Positions 1 to 13,080 of a stretch of DNA of 64,000 bases are shown here, piece after piece. Numbering within the stretch: the first letter of the stretch is position 1; the number at the start of each line of letters is the position of its first letter. Position numbers and translations under genes: made by a program. A model generated the notes under the pieces. It searched no databases. It saw only the letters and a program-made list of their open reading frames with translations, and was not told where the DNA came from. This DNA comes from Eledone cirrhosa (lineage: Eukaryota), in NCBI GenBank assembly GCA_964016885.1, contig OZ024744.1:90396001-90460000 (forward strand), written 5' to 3'.

Positions 1-788
1 ACCAATTGAAATAATGATTTCTACTTTAGGCACAAGGCCAGCAATGTTGGAGGAGAGGGAAAGTCAATTAAATTGATCCACCAGTGCATTACTGGTACTT
101 CATTTTATCGACCCCGTAAGAACGAAAGGCAAAGTTAACTTCAGCAGGATTTCAATTCAGAACTTTACTTAAAAGTATAACAGAAGGCATTCATGAGTTT
201 TATATCGAACTAGATCACTCACGACCCGTTGGGCCACGTTTACTTCAAAATATTTTTTTAAATCATGTTCACTTAAGAATAATTTTTAGATAATTAAAAT
301 ATACACAGACATGTATATAATGTGAAAGGAAACTGGAAGGCCCATGTATATATGTATGTGTATGTATATATATATATATATAAATGTGTGTGTATATTTA
401 TATATGTATGTGTATATATATATATAGGTGGGTGTCTGTGATCTATATACACTAGTCATAGCCACACACATATATATATACATACACACTTACATATATA
501 TATATTCACAACACTACCAGCTCTCTTCCATTCTCCTCCTCTGTCTGCTCTCCCTCTCTCTCTATGTCTCTCTTTCAATCTATTCTCTCACAACCACTAT
601 CTCTTTCTCTCTCTCTGTTTAATGAAGGTACCAGGAACTCGTGGTCTGATTTCGCAAAACTTGTTTTATTCCATTTGTATCCCCATTTCAGGGTCAACTC
701 CCTTTCAAAGTATTTTCACATTTTGCTCCCTTTTGTCTATATTACATTACAGACAAACAAGCAAGCAATCACAGAGTTTTATAGTATA

Positions 789-2084
789 CTAGCAGAATGG
801 CCCGGCGTTGCTCAGGATTTGCTCTACGGTTCTTATATATTTGATATATATTTATCCTTATCGAGCCTCGTGAAATAAATACGTTTGTTTATATTTTGTT
901 ATTGTGTATGCAAAAATATCTGTACACAAATATATAATTATATATATATATATATATAAATGTAAGTATGTATACGTAAATACATATATGTATACAGATG
1001 TACAGTAGTATGTATATATATACATACATGCACGTATCGATTTACCGAACATTTATTATAATGCTCGGTTTATTTGTTTGTAAACAAACAAACAGCCCGA
1101 ATTACGCCGTACAGTGTTTAGGCAACCACGTCACCTTTTTTGTTCAACACTGACAAAGGAACGATGTACTAGTTTCAAGCTTATTAGCTATCGTCAGCAT
1201 CATATACCTTCCTGCCAGATGGTTGAACGTCTGAAAGTATATACTTTCCTTATGCATATTAACATCTGAGCAGCCTAATTTGCATATCGAGTGAGTTCAG
1301 TCGGCCGGGCACATCGAAAACGATAAATGGAATAGAATGAAACGAAATTTCATTTCTCACTCTTAGTACGGCACTTACTTAAATGTAACGGGATCTTCTG
1401 AAACTAAAAAAATCAATCTGTGAACACAGAAAATGAATCGCTGCTTTCACCCTTAACGGGATCTTCTACCTAAAAGCAGTATGAAGTACACTAAGACTAA
1501 CTGATGTAATCGTTGGCCTTGTTTGTTTATATTTTGTTTTTGTGTATGCAAAAATATCTGTAGACGAATATCTATTAAAATAACATATTAATGTTTAAGC
1601 AAAAAATCGCTGCTTTCAACCTTAATGGGATCTTCTGAAACTAAAAAAATCAATCTGTGAACGCAGATCTAAATATTTCGAAAAATGTTGCAACCGAAGA
1701 AAAACAGGAAGACGATACTTTGGTTCATGAAGACGTTCCCTGGTATAAGAATATATATATATACACTCACACTCTATATACATATATACACACACACTGA
1801 TCGCCTCATAATATCGTAATGCAGACAGCCAGACATACAGACAGATATTATGAAGGCGCAGCGTCATATCTATGTATCTATCTAAAAAGAGAAAGACTAA
1901 GAGAAAGAGATCGCTAAATCGCCTAATGCGGTCCCTAAGGCATTGAAAATTTGAAATTTGTTTTGCTCAGAACACTCAATAGGACCATAAGTATTGCATG
2001 TGTAAGTTTGAAAAAAAACGTTTGGGTAGTTCTCGAGTTTTAGGGAAACAGATACACAGACAAGCTTTGTTTTATATATATAGA
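789..2084 (-). mobile_element. Non-autonomous Helitron (Lep1-like termini)
   Basis: Minus strand begins a|TCTATATATATAAAAC and ends with the GC hairpin cctgagcaacgccggg then CTAG|t. No TSD. Internal segments recur at 54440-54730. Confidence 0.65.
1161..1203 (-). ncRNA. Type-I minimal hammerhead ribozyme motif
   Basis: Minus strand: atgatg CTGACGA t agct aata agct t GAAA ctag TA catcgt. Stem I 6 bp (one G-U), intact core, stem II 4 bp closed by U-U, palindromic stem III ACTAGT, GUA cleavage triplet. Confidence 0.82.
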
Positions 2085-3485
2085 TAGATAATAGTAGTAT
2101 ATTGATTCGTTTTCAAGCAAACAGCTTCATTATGCTATGTTTTATAGATGACCATTCCCATCCTTTTGTTCTAGTGGTGACAGAGAAACAATCATTGTAA
2201 TTGTTTTTCTCTGTCTCAGTTAGAATGTAAAGGGCTACAACTCAATGCTGCAAAGCATGCCCAATTGCTCTACCGTTACTGCCAATCCACCACATAAATA
2301 ACATCAAAATCTAGTAGCTTCAATATTATGTGAGATAATTATGAGATAAAGCCATTACTGTGAAAATACAATAGTAAATATAGTAATGTAAATGCTAAAG
2401 TGTTAACTAGTTTTTATCTATCTAAAAATCTATCATAATTTTATGTAAGAACTTCTGTTACATTACATTATGTTTCAAACACCAGCGTAATAATGAAGAA
2501 GCTAGTTATATTATTAAATCCTTGCAAGGCAGTGGATTGGCAGTATCAGTAGAAGAACTATGCTTTCCAGCATAGTTACGTCCCTTTACGATCTGAGTTC
2601 AAATCCCGCCGAGGTTGACTTTGCCTTTCATCCTTACGGGGTCGATAAAATAAAGTACCAGTAATGCACTGGGTAATTGCTGGCCTTGTGCCTAAAGTAG
2701 AAACTATTATTAAATCCCTGCTAATTATTGATTATTTTCAAAATTGATTCTAAAATGGCAGCATTTTTCAAATATAATAATGCAAAGGTTAACAAACTAT
2801 TTTACTGTGTTTAAAATAATAGCCTGATCATAAAATTCCTATGCAAGTGCCTGAACATTCCCCAGATATGCATCCCCATTTCCTCTTAATGTAGTTCTTG
2901 AAGAGATTCATTATGACACCGTGTGTGACAAGACTTTTGAATCACAGGTACAATTCATTTTTGCCAGCTGAGCAGACTGGAGCAATGTGAAAGAAAGTGT
3001 CTTGCCCAAGGACACAACATGGCACCAGCAGAATTTATTTCTAACATTTACATTGAGTCAACAACCACTGTATGCTGAAACATTGTACAATGGAATTGAT
3101 GATTTTATCTCAATTTATACCTTTGTTTATATATATATATCATCATCATCATCATCATCACCGTTTTACGTCCGTTCTTCCATGCTAGCATGGGTTAGAC
3201 GGGTTGTCCTGTTGTGAGCAGTGTCTGGTCGGCTGACCCTGTCTTGCTCATACAGGAACTGATTCTGGCTTGATATCTACAGCTGGATGCCCTTCCTAAC
3301 ACCAACCTCATTTACAGTGAGTGCTGGGTGCTTTTTTTCTGTGGCGCCTACACGTCCACTTTACAGTGTGGGCTGGGTGCTTTTTTGCCATGGCACCTCC
3401 ACGACCACTTTGTAGTGGGAGGGTGTGGGGGCATATTGTCTATATGCTTCAGCTTGTACCCATGGGAGGTCGGGAACTCTGTATT

Positions 3486-3522
<37 letters not shown>

Positions 3523-3604
3523 GTTATTCCGGGTTGAATCGGAGGTAACCACAGTAAGTAAGGTACTCAATACATAGCAGAGTATAATAGTTTTAATATA
3601 GAAG

Positions 3605-3655
3605 AGATTCTACAGGACTAGAACTGTTTCATTCATTAGAAATCATCAGGAATCT
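3605..3655 (-). ncRNA. Type-I hammerhead ribozyme motif in a ~210-bp insertion between (TA)n tracts
   Basis: Minus strand: agattc CTGATGA t ttc taat gaa t GAAA cag ttctagtc ctg TA gaatct. Perfect 6-bp stem I, 3-bp stem II with U-U, 4-bp stem III, GUA triplet. Confidence 0.82.
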
Positions 3656-5398
3656 GGGTATCAAAAAATAAATATGGTATTTATAGGTCTCTACAAGTGG
3701 TAGGAGAGGGTGGGGAGTGGGATGGGTGCAGGTGTATATATATATATATATATACACATGTGTGTGTCTGTGTACATACATATGTGTGTGTATGCATATT
3801 TATGTGTCTGAGAAGGTGTGGTGTTTAGATGTGAAAATATTATAATTCAGAGCATACTCATATGATATTATTATGGAAACAACTATTATATATATGTAGT
3901 GAAAACTTGGATGGGAACAAAAACAGATTGTATATATATATTATATACAACTATATATATATATAAATATAAATTAGCGAGAATCGTATATTGGTTTAGG
4001 AATTAACGAAAAACAACTTCCGAGATGTGTGGCAAGCGCTCAATGATTCAGATGAACCAGAGCTACAACATACGTTAAAGGCCAAACACACTAAGACGAT
4101 GGTTAAACAATCATCCGCACAACCATAAAAACGATCAAGTAATTCGGGTCAAACAAATAAAAATGTGATTGAAAATATATATATATATATAACATGTTAA
4201 AATATCCCCCACACACGTACATACACATTCCTACTGACCAATCCCTCTACCACGAATTACTCTGCTACACACACACACACACGCTTGTCTTAATAGGCAC
4301 CTAAACTGTTGACCTGTCAACATGACTGCAATTCACACACACATCCCTACTGACCATTATCACAACAATGAACCTCTTTACTACTACACACACACACACA
4401 CACATATTTGTCTTAAAAGACTTATTTTTCAGTGACTTCTCAAACCTACATTTGGCACAAAATCAATTTTTAACATTCACATGACCTCTACCGACCAATC
4501 AAAATTGTTTTGACCACAAGAATTTTTGCAACACGAATTGGCGCGAAACTTATTTTAATACATCTGGAGCCACTTTTTTCACATAAAACAGGTAGAATTT
4601 CCAAAACTAATCAGATTAGAGCAAACATCACAGGCGCTCTATCTCAAAATTATTTTTGAAAATAATTAGAAATGCGCAACCGGTAAAAACTTAAAACCAA
4701 AACTGAATACTAACCAATACTTATTACTAATTTTTACTTATTCCTAATTAAACTATTTTTCACTGGGAACAATTTGTCAGCATTTTCTTTTCCTTTTACC
4801 AATATATATATGTATATATATATATATATATAAGTAATTATAATGGAGTAAGCAACACTTGTTGAGATTGAACATGAATTTGGATTAGCAACCTTGGTTT
4901 CATTTTGTATAACATATACATGAGAACTGTTTCAGCATACAGTGGTTGTTGACTCAATGTAAATGTTAGAAATAAATTCTACTGCATTGTTTATCTGTGT
5001 TAATCTCTTTTTACCTATCATCATCATCATCATTTCATTTTATGTCCGCTTTTTCCCTGCTTGCAAGGGTGGGACGGGAACTGATTCTGGCTTGATTTCT
5101 ACAGCTGGATGCCCTTCCTAACACCAACCTCATTTACAGTGAGTGCTGGGTGCTTTTTGCCGTGGCACCTCCATGAACAACTTTACAGTGGAATGATATG
5201 GACCCCAGTCCCTATCATCTCATTTCTACAGCTGAGTAAACTGGAGCAATGTGAAATAAAGTGTCTTGCTCAAGGAAACAACACATCACCCGGTCTGAGA
5301 ATTGAACTCACAACATTTCGATTGCAAGGCCAAAGCCATGTGCCTCCATATATATATATATATATAATTAGGATTTAGCTTCAGACATAGCTGTATAC

Positions 5399-5707
5399 AG
5401 ATATGTATAGAAATTTTGTATTTCTAAAGAAACAAGGTATGATTACAGGTAAACATTTAGAAAGCCGTAGCTATGCAAAAAAACACCTGGGCTAACACCC
5501 TCTGGTGGTGTCCAGCAGAAGCAAGGGGGACAATCGGTGATGCATTTCAAACTTAACTGGTTCTCATCAGGACGATCCCTCCCACACTTGCGACTGCTGG
5601 ACTTGAAAACAGTCGAGAATATATAGTCTTCTTGTCTGTTTAAATGAGGTGATTAATCTCATTTGCATATGAAGCTGCATAAGTTGGCTCAATTTATGAT
5701 AGAATAG
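5399..5707 (-). mobile_element. Penelope-like 3' fragment flanked by ~32-bp imperfect direct repeats
   Basis: Minus frame PHLNRQEDYIFSTVF (P-x-LNR end of GIY-YIG) precedes the hammerhead. Flanks aattaggatttagct(t)cag(a/g)catagctgtatac lie at 5366-5398 and 5708-5739. Confidence 0.55.
5532..5577 (-). ncRNA. Partly decayed type-I hammerhead motif in a Penelope-like 3' fragment
   Basis: Minus strand: gatcgtc CTGATGA gaac cagttaa gttt GAAA tgca TC accgatt. Core intact, palindromic stem III ATGCAT, stem I has two core-proximal mismatches. Confidence 0.6.
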
Positions 5708-6910
5708 AATTAGGATTTAGCTCAGGCATAGCTGTATACTGCTATCAATGTGGCCTTGAAGCGTTAGTTTCAGTCAGTAAAATTAAGCAGAGAGTCCTAT
5801 AGTTTTTGTGTTGGGTGCTCGCCGTATATAAAGGAAGACTTGGGATGAGGTGCAATTGTGCAAGACCAGCCTTTATCACACTGGGCTTTGGCATAGTTTC
5901 TATCAATAAAATTCCATCCACAAGTTATTGATCAACCTGAGGTAATAGTAAAAGACATCTGCCTAAGGTGCTGAATGGTGTGACTGAACAATGAACAACA
6001 TTACCATGCCAGGTTAACAACTTCTATGGTCCCTTTACAGACAGATAATTACATGAATGAATAGACACACATTTTGGTTTTGAAGTTAAATTTATTTATA
6101 TGTTATTAACATAAATTTTCATAAATAATAATCAACTATATACACACATATGTATATGTGTGCGTGTGTAAATACACATATATATATATATGCATATACA
6201 CACACACACACACACACACAAAATGGAAGCTGATATTTATTGCACATTTAAAATGAGCCCAGTGGCATATTTATCAGTTCTTATTTGGGAAAAAATAATG
6301 AAAAATACAAAGAAATATATGTGGCCTGTGTTTTACAGAGACATATATGTTTAAGGTATATATGTATATATATGTATACATATATATATCATCATATATA
6401 AATATATACATATATGTATGTTCACACACACACACATATATATATATATGTACATTTACACATATGTGTGTGTGTGTATTTATATATATATTGTATATTC
6501 CAGCATGCATATTTATATGAACAACATTAGTATATCTATCTATAGAAATCTATCTATATACATATATATATGTATGTATATACATATACAGAGAGAGAGA
6601 GAAATACACCAATATAATATATATTCAAATATTCACTGCTGTAGATTCATTCTCTTGTTACTATCACATTCTACAAGGCGGCCATTAATATCACATGCCT
6701 TAAGGAACAGGATAGTAACAGGAAATTTGGAGGGAAGCCTCAGCATCAAATATATGAATAAACTTTACTAGATATATGGTGTCTTTTCTCCCCTTGTTTG
6801 GACAAATACATACAAACACTGATGCACACACACACACATATATATGTATACATATATATATACACACACACATATATAGTTATATTTATATATATACAAA
6901 TATATATATA

Positions 6911-7095
6911 TTTGAAAAAAAGGAAAAGAATGACTTTACTTGTAGTTGGTATTCTATAACAATTTAATTTTATAATTTTACAATTTTATATTATAATTTC
7001 GCTATGTATCTACATAGCAAAATTATAACATTATAAAGTTAAATTGTTATAGAATACCAACTACAAGTGAAGTCATTCTTTTCCTTTTTACAAAT
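6911..7095. repeat. Imperfect ~90-bp-arm palindrome centred on gctatgta-tc-tacatagc
   Basis: aaaggaaaagaatgact..ttggtattctataacaattt is mirrored on the right arm. Confidence 0.85.
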
Positions 7096-7128
7096 ATACT
7101 TAATTGTACCAAAGATCTCATGCATTTC

Positions 7129-7163
<35 letters not shown>

Positions 7164-7377
7164 CATACATAAGAACACAGATTTCATATACAATATAATG
7201 TACTCAATAATTTAAGAGTGTGTGATATAGTTTATAAAATGACTAGTTTCCTGAAGTAATTGTTTTTTGTTTCCCATCCAACCTGTTCAAAAATAGCTGT
7301 AAACATATTATGGGAGCCAAAAAAGAGTGAATTCTGAAAACTAGTAACCGAATAAAGAATATATATACACACACCTA

Positions 7378-7410
<33 letters not shown>

Positions 7411-7888
7411 GAGAGAGGGCGGGACACACACATACATAAAATAAATGACTAATTTATATCTATTACATGTAGTGAATATCGATGTCAATTAGATACAAAG
7501 ACATTAGCTATCAATCAGATGAAACTAAATGTGATAACAATATCTAGATAAGTGTACATCTCACAGATATGTCAATTCATAAACTGCCACAACTATATGC
7601 TGTACATAAACTACCATAACTATATCCAGTATGTATAAAATCTAAATTATCAAAATAAACAAATATACAATATATTGCATTAATTAAAGTGTTTCTTTTA
7701 TCATCATCATCATCATAAAAACAAACAAACTTGTATCCTAGATCTGTCTATATTAAGCCATAGATTTAATAACCTCAGGTGCAAATGTTGAAAGGTGTTT
7801 CTTCTCTGAAGACCTTCTACTATCCAGCTCTCCTGAGAGTTTTCTACCACTGATCACTAACGTAACTGAAGGACAATCCAGCTATTAA

Positions 7889-8077
7889 CCCTTTAATGTT
7901 CAAACCGGCCAAAATTCTCTACCTCTTTCTGTTGAAACTGGCCACTCATACTGATGTTACGGTATTGTTCTCAAAATAAATACTTTCAAAATCTCATAGA
8001 TTCAATATTATGTGAGGTAAAGCCTTTACCATGAAAATATAATTGTATATATATAGAGTATTGTGAATGCTAAAGGG
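7889..8077. mobile_element. piggyBac-type MITE, family A
   Basis: TTAA|CCCTTTA....TAAAGGG|TTAA. Confidence 0.8.
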
Positions 8078-8635
8078 TTAAATTTATCACCCGGTCTGAG
8101 AATTGAACTCTCACAACCTTTCGATTGCAAGGCCAATGCTCTAACCACAAAGCCATATATATATATATATAAATGTATACATAGGCACACACACATATAT
8201 GTATATAAATGCATATACACTGACTCACAAATACACACGTATGCTGTGATCAGATTTTCTAAGAACATAGCATACTTTACCTCCTAAAGTATTGAGTACA
8301 TTATTTTGTATCTGTACACATATAAATGTGTCTGTATATATACACGCGCACACACACACACACAAATATGATGATATATACATATATGCATGTGTTTTAT
8401 TTTTAGTTGTATTTATTTGAATGGTCACTTCATTTCTGAAACAGAATGATGTAACTGAAATAAGTGCTTAGTGGTAGAGTCATAATAAACACAATAATTA
8501 AAACACACACTCATATAAACCGTATATATTTGTTTTAGATGATGGCATACTCTTTCACCACACACCTGTGTATGTATATATATATATACTACACACACAC
8601 ACACATATATATAATATTTACATAAATATACTATA

Positions 8636-8936
8636 GTTATGTAATAAACAACATAAGATAATTATTTCATTTACCAGTGGTTTCTTGAAAGCAAACAAAT
8701 CTGCTTTCAGTCATCAGAATGAAAAAATCCTGGTGTATTTATTGAATGTGGTTTTCAAATCCACATTCAATAAATACACCAGGATTTTTTCATTCTGATG
8801 ACTGAAAGCAGATTTGTTTGCTTTCAAGAAACCACTGGTAAATGAAATAATTATCTTATGTTGTTTATTACATAACTATTAAGCTCTGTAACCTATAGAG
8901 CACTCTTTTTCCTGGACCTTTCTGACGGAATTACTT
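8636..8936. mobile_element. Palindromic insertion with 15-bp target-site duplication (Penelope-type inverted structure)
   Basis: Perfect 119-bp inverted arms 8633-8751 / 8761-8879 with a 9-nt loop and a unique tail to 8936. TSD cataaatatactata at 8621-8635 and 8937-8951. Confidence 0.65.
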
Positions 8937-9010
8937 CATAAATATACTATATATATATATACACATACATATATACATATACTATATATATATACATACA
9001 CACATACATA

Positions 9011-9056
<46 letters not shown>

Positions 9057-11627
9057 GTGTGTGTTTGTGCTTATTTTTTTATTTATTTTTTTTTTTATTG
9101 AAGCTTGAGATGAAACTTGATCAGAAAAGCCTATGTATGACATAGGTAGTTGTTCAAGTGACATCAAATGTACCATACTCTCCACTTACATTCAGCGGTT
9201 TTATTGTACAGGCCTGTACAATTGTGCATGGCATGCAGCTGGTAACAGCAGGAAGAAAGTTTGCATAGGCTGTCATTTCCTTCATTGTCCAGCCTGTATT
9301 TCTTTTAAATCTTTAAGCTCTGGTAGTGACCAAGTATGTATGTGTGAAGTAAATGTGGTGTACTCTGTTAAAGCATGACTGTAGTTGAAACTATAATGGA
9401 GGTAAGCCTAATAATTGTTTCTACTTTAGGCACAAGGCCAGCAATTTGAAGGGGAAGGGGAAGTTGGTTAAATCAACCCCAGTGGTTACTGGTATTTTAT
9501 TTTATCAACCCCATAAGGATGAAAGGCAAAGCTAACCTTGGTGGGATTTGAACTCAGAACGTAAAGGGCCTTAACTCTATGCCGTGAAGCATGTTACACA
9601 GCACTCTACCGATACAGCCAACCCACAAATGTTATGATATTATTGTGGTTTAGCTTCTTGTGACAAAACGGGAGAGGGATTAATTCTCTACTCAATCAAA
9701 CAGATACCGAAGTGAACTCAGCTCAGTCAGTATGTGACATTTATATGAATGGACATATGAAGTTGCCATTGATGTGGTGTCTCCCCCTCATACACACACA
9801 CACATACACTTATGTCTGTTCTGCTTTAACAGAGGGACTCTTGTGACATATAGATAGTTGGTTTTGAATGACTAGTAGCATAGTAAACCACTCATTTCAG
9901 GTCCTTTGTTTTGTTGAGGACAGTCCTCTGTGTTCCTGTATGTGCGTAAGTTTCAATTCTCATGGCAACCAGAGGAAGTGGGTAAACTAGACTCCTGTTA
10001 GAACACATTTCCTGATCCTCTAAGCTTATTAGTGATATGCATCCAGCAGCAAAGTTTGATGGTGTTGTTAAGATTGTCTTTAGTCATTGGTTTGGTGCAG
10101 TCATAGGTTTAATCCAAGTTAAATACATGCACTCCAGTATAGATTCAGTTGAGCTGTGATAATTGTTAGGAGTACAGCTTATGATTATAAACATCGTTTT
10201 GTCTCTGATAAGCTCTGACCAAAGAAAACTATGATCAGAAGCATTCAAGCCATAACAGTTCTATTTTGTTTTCAGCATATCTACGACTATATTATCCATT
10301 ATGTCTTTTTATTTATAAGATGATAAGTGTGATTTGAAGGATATTTTCACTGCTATTTTTAGCACATTGAGCAACCATGTAGAGAAACCTCCAGGTTATT
10401 GTTGGTGAGTTATGAAGCCCCAATCAAAACAACTGGAGATTTGATCTGCAAATTCACTGCTCCAGATATTTTGTGGTGCTGTTATAGAGCCTCAAATCAA
10501 GCCTTGTCAAACAAGTTTCAACAGAATGTAGGGAGACTGTTCAAATACTTGATTTAGTGTGATTTTCAGAATGAACACTTGGAGAGAATCTTTGTCTAAG
10601 TTCCAGTTAATTGTTGCCTAATTGCCTGCAGTTAATCCTGATTGAGAAGATGCTTGCAACACATAGGAAATTGGCTTCAAATAGTTAGAGATGCGACATA
10701 CAGATCCAGTATTTTGAAAATATGCTATCGTTGTTATATATATATATATATATCCTTGAAATCAACAGAGATTGAATAGTGATCTACATACATTATGTTA
10801 GAGCATATCAACGTTTGTGCATGTGGAAACTATTAAGTTTAGCATTGGTGTGGTATTATTTCATGCTGACACTTCATTACACACTTATTTCATGCTGACA
10901 CTTTATAATTTCACATGTGCCTATAAAGTCCAGTTTTTTTAAAGTAATTTTTCCATTACTTATATGGTATTCAAACTGTTTTGTCTTTTTATTTACATGT
11001 GGGTTCATGGATTTATTCTCTTTTATCATCAATATTTTGATGGAGTTGTCTTGCACTTGTTTTGACATCAGTATTCGGTGCATCTTTGTGAATTAAATTG
11101 CTTCATGATATTCTTTCTTCAACTAAATTTTCCCTCGCAATCTTCTGTGTTGATGTAAATTGAAAAGTTTTTCAGTAATGTTTCTCCTTTAATCAATAGA
11201 ACAATTGTTTTGGCTTACTCACTGTAAAAGAACTGTGTGGTGATACAGTCAACTTTTGGCATAGTGATGTGTCTGGCCCGTCTCATTTGATACTTCTGCT
11301 CAAAATTATTATATGTGGATTCTTCCGAAATAAATCTTCTTTGACATCCTGTATGGTGCTATTCAATATGACTATAGGATATTCCATGGCCTTTAATCTG
11401 TTAAGGACTGAACCACGACTGGCCATATAGTTATTGTTGGAGTACAGCCCACAGTAGGTCCTGTTTAGATTAATTCATGTATATGTAACTGGTTAAAACA
11501 TCTGGGGTGGGATTTCCAGATCAGGCATTGCAGGGATATTTGATACCCTTTTGTCCTATGTCCCAAATATCCTATAGTATTGTTGTGAAGCTACTGACTG
11601 GTCCTGATAAAGTAGACAGATACCTAT

Positions 11628-11666
<39 letters not shown>

Positions 11667-12917
11667 CTGGTCTTAAATACCCGGTGTTGTGTTCCATAGA
11701 TCCAGTACTTCAGCATGTTTCATGCCATCCCTTTGCTGATGACTATATTATGTCCAGAGTATTGTTGGTATTGTGTGGTCCACATTCAGCTCTGCTCAAA
11801 CTATAGCTAGGTAGTTTGTATATCTAAGAGTGTCATTCAGATTCAGCACTCTCATACAGTATTCTCATTAAACATTTTCCTAACCACTGAGTTGAAATTT
11901 TGATGCTTTGAGCAAAAATATTTCAAATTCAAAGCTAATGAACAGCAATATTTTGATGTACACAATGCGAAGAAGGGACTGTTGTTCACAAATATTGTAT
12001 GCCTTCATATTGTTGATGATTGTACTATACTCAATATATTGTTGTTAGTATCATATTATGTAGCTCATATTCAGTTGTCTTGGAATGTGATTCACAGATT
12101 CAGCACTCACATATATTGTATGCCTCCATCATGTTCAGCTCTGCTCAAACTGTAAGTAGATTTTTTTAATATCTAGGAGTTCGACTTACATATATTGCAT
12201 ACCTTCATATTGTTATTGACTATATAACGTATGTTTTGCCAGTGGGTGATAATGATGTTGTGTATCTCATCTCATCACACGAGGTCAGACTAGGTAGCCA
12301 GTTCAAATGAAACACAACTCAGGATATTCCATAAAATTTGTATAGTGGACTGTGCAATACCTGTTATGTTTTATCAGTGTGGTTTATGTTTAATATATAA
12401 GCAGAGAAATCCATGACACATGAGTAACTGGTTTTAATTTTCAACAGTTTGGATATATAATACACTTGTTTATTTCAGAACTGTGACATATCCAGAATGT
12501 TGGGTCTATGTTCCTGTTGTAGACATTATGTAACACTCCTTCTATGTCATTCCTGATTTAGCAAGTAGGCCAATGCAATATAGATAATCAGTTTTAAAAA
12601 TCTAAGAGACTGATCCACAGATCCAGATATTCACCACTGGAACTGTGTGTGCTCACCATATTGTTAGTAAATTGTCTAGTCAGCAACCCCTCTCCTAGTT
12701 TCAATCTTTATTGTGAAAACAAAGCATTGTATGAAGATTGCCAGTCAAATATTTAGGATATGATCAACAGATACAGAATTCTAGGATATTTAAAGTTCTT
12801 CAGTTCATCTTGTTGAGGCCCTTTTATTTTTCAGGATAAAAAGTTTATAGTTTGCCTTTTAGTTTTAAAAAGTATGTAAAAAACACAGACTGTAGGGACT
12901 AATATAATAAGACAACA

Positions 12918-13080
12918 CTGTGCCAATGGTGGTGAGTAGGAAGGTGATCCTAGGGCCAAGGACACCAGAAGTCTCCACTACTACGGGCTCGACTGCAAAC
13001 CTGTCAGAGAGTGACCGATACTTGGAGAGTTTACCCTCCTCGGCCCGAAGTGCAGCAGAGCCTGGATTAGTGGCACGAGT
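12918..13080 (-). mobile_element. CRE-like non-LTR retrotransposon REL-endonuclease fragment (absent from the ORF track)
   Basis: Minus frame reads NPGSAALRAEEGKLSKYRSLSDRFAVEPVVVETSGVLGPRITFLLTTIG, matching the GSAA..AE..K..KY..L....F.P..VET.G..GP motif. Confidence 0.7.
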
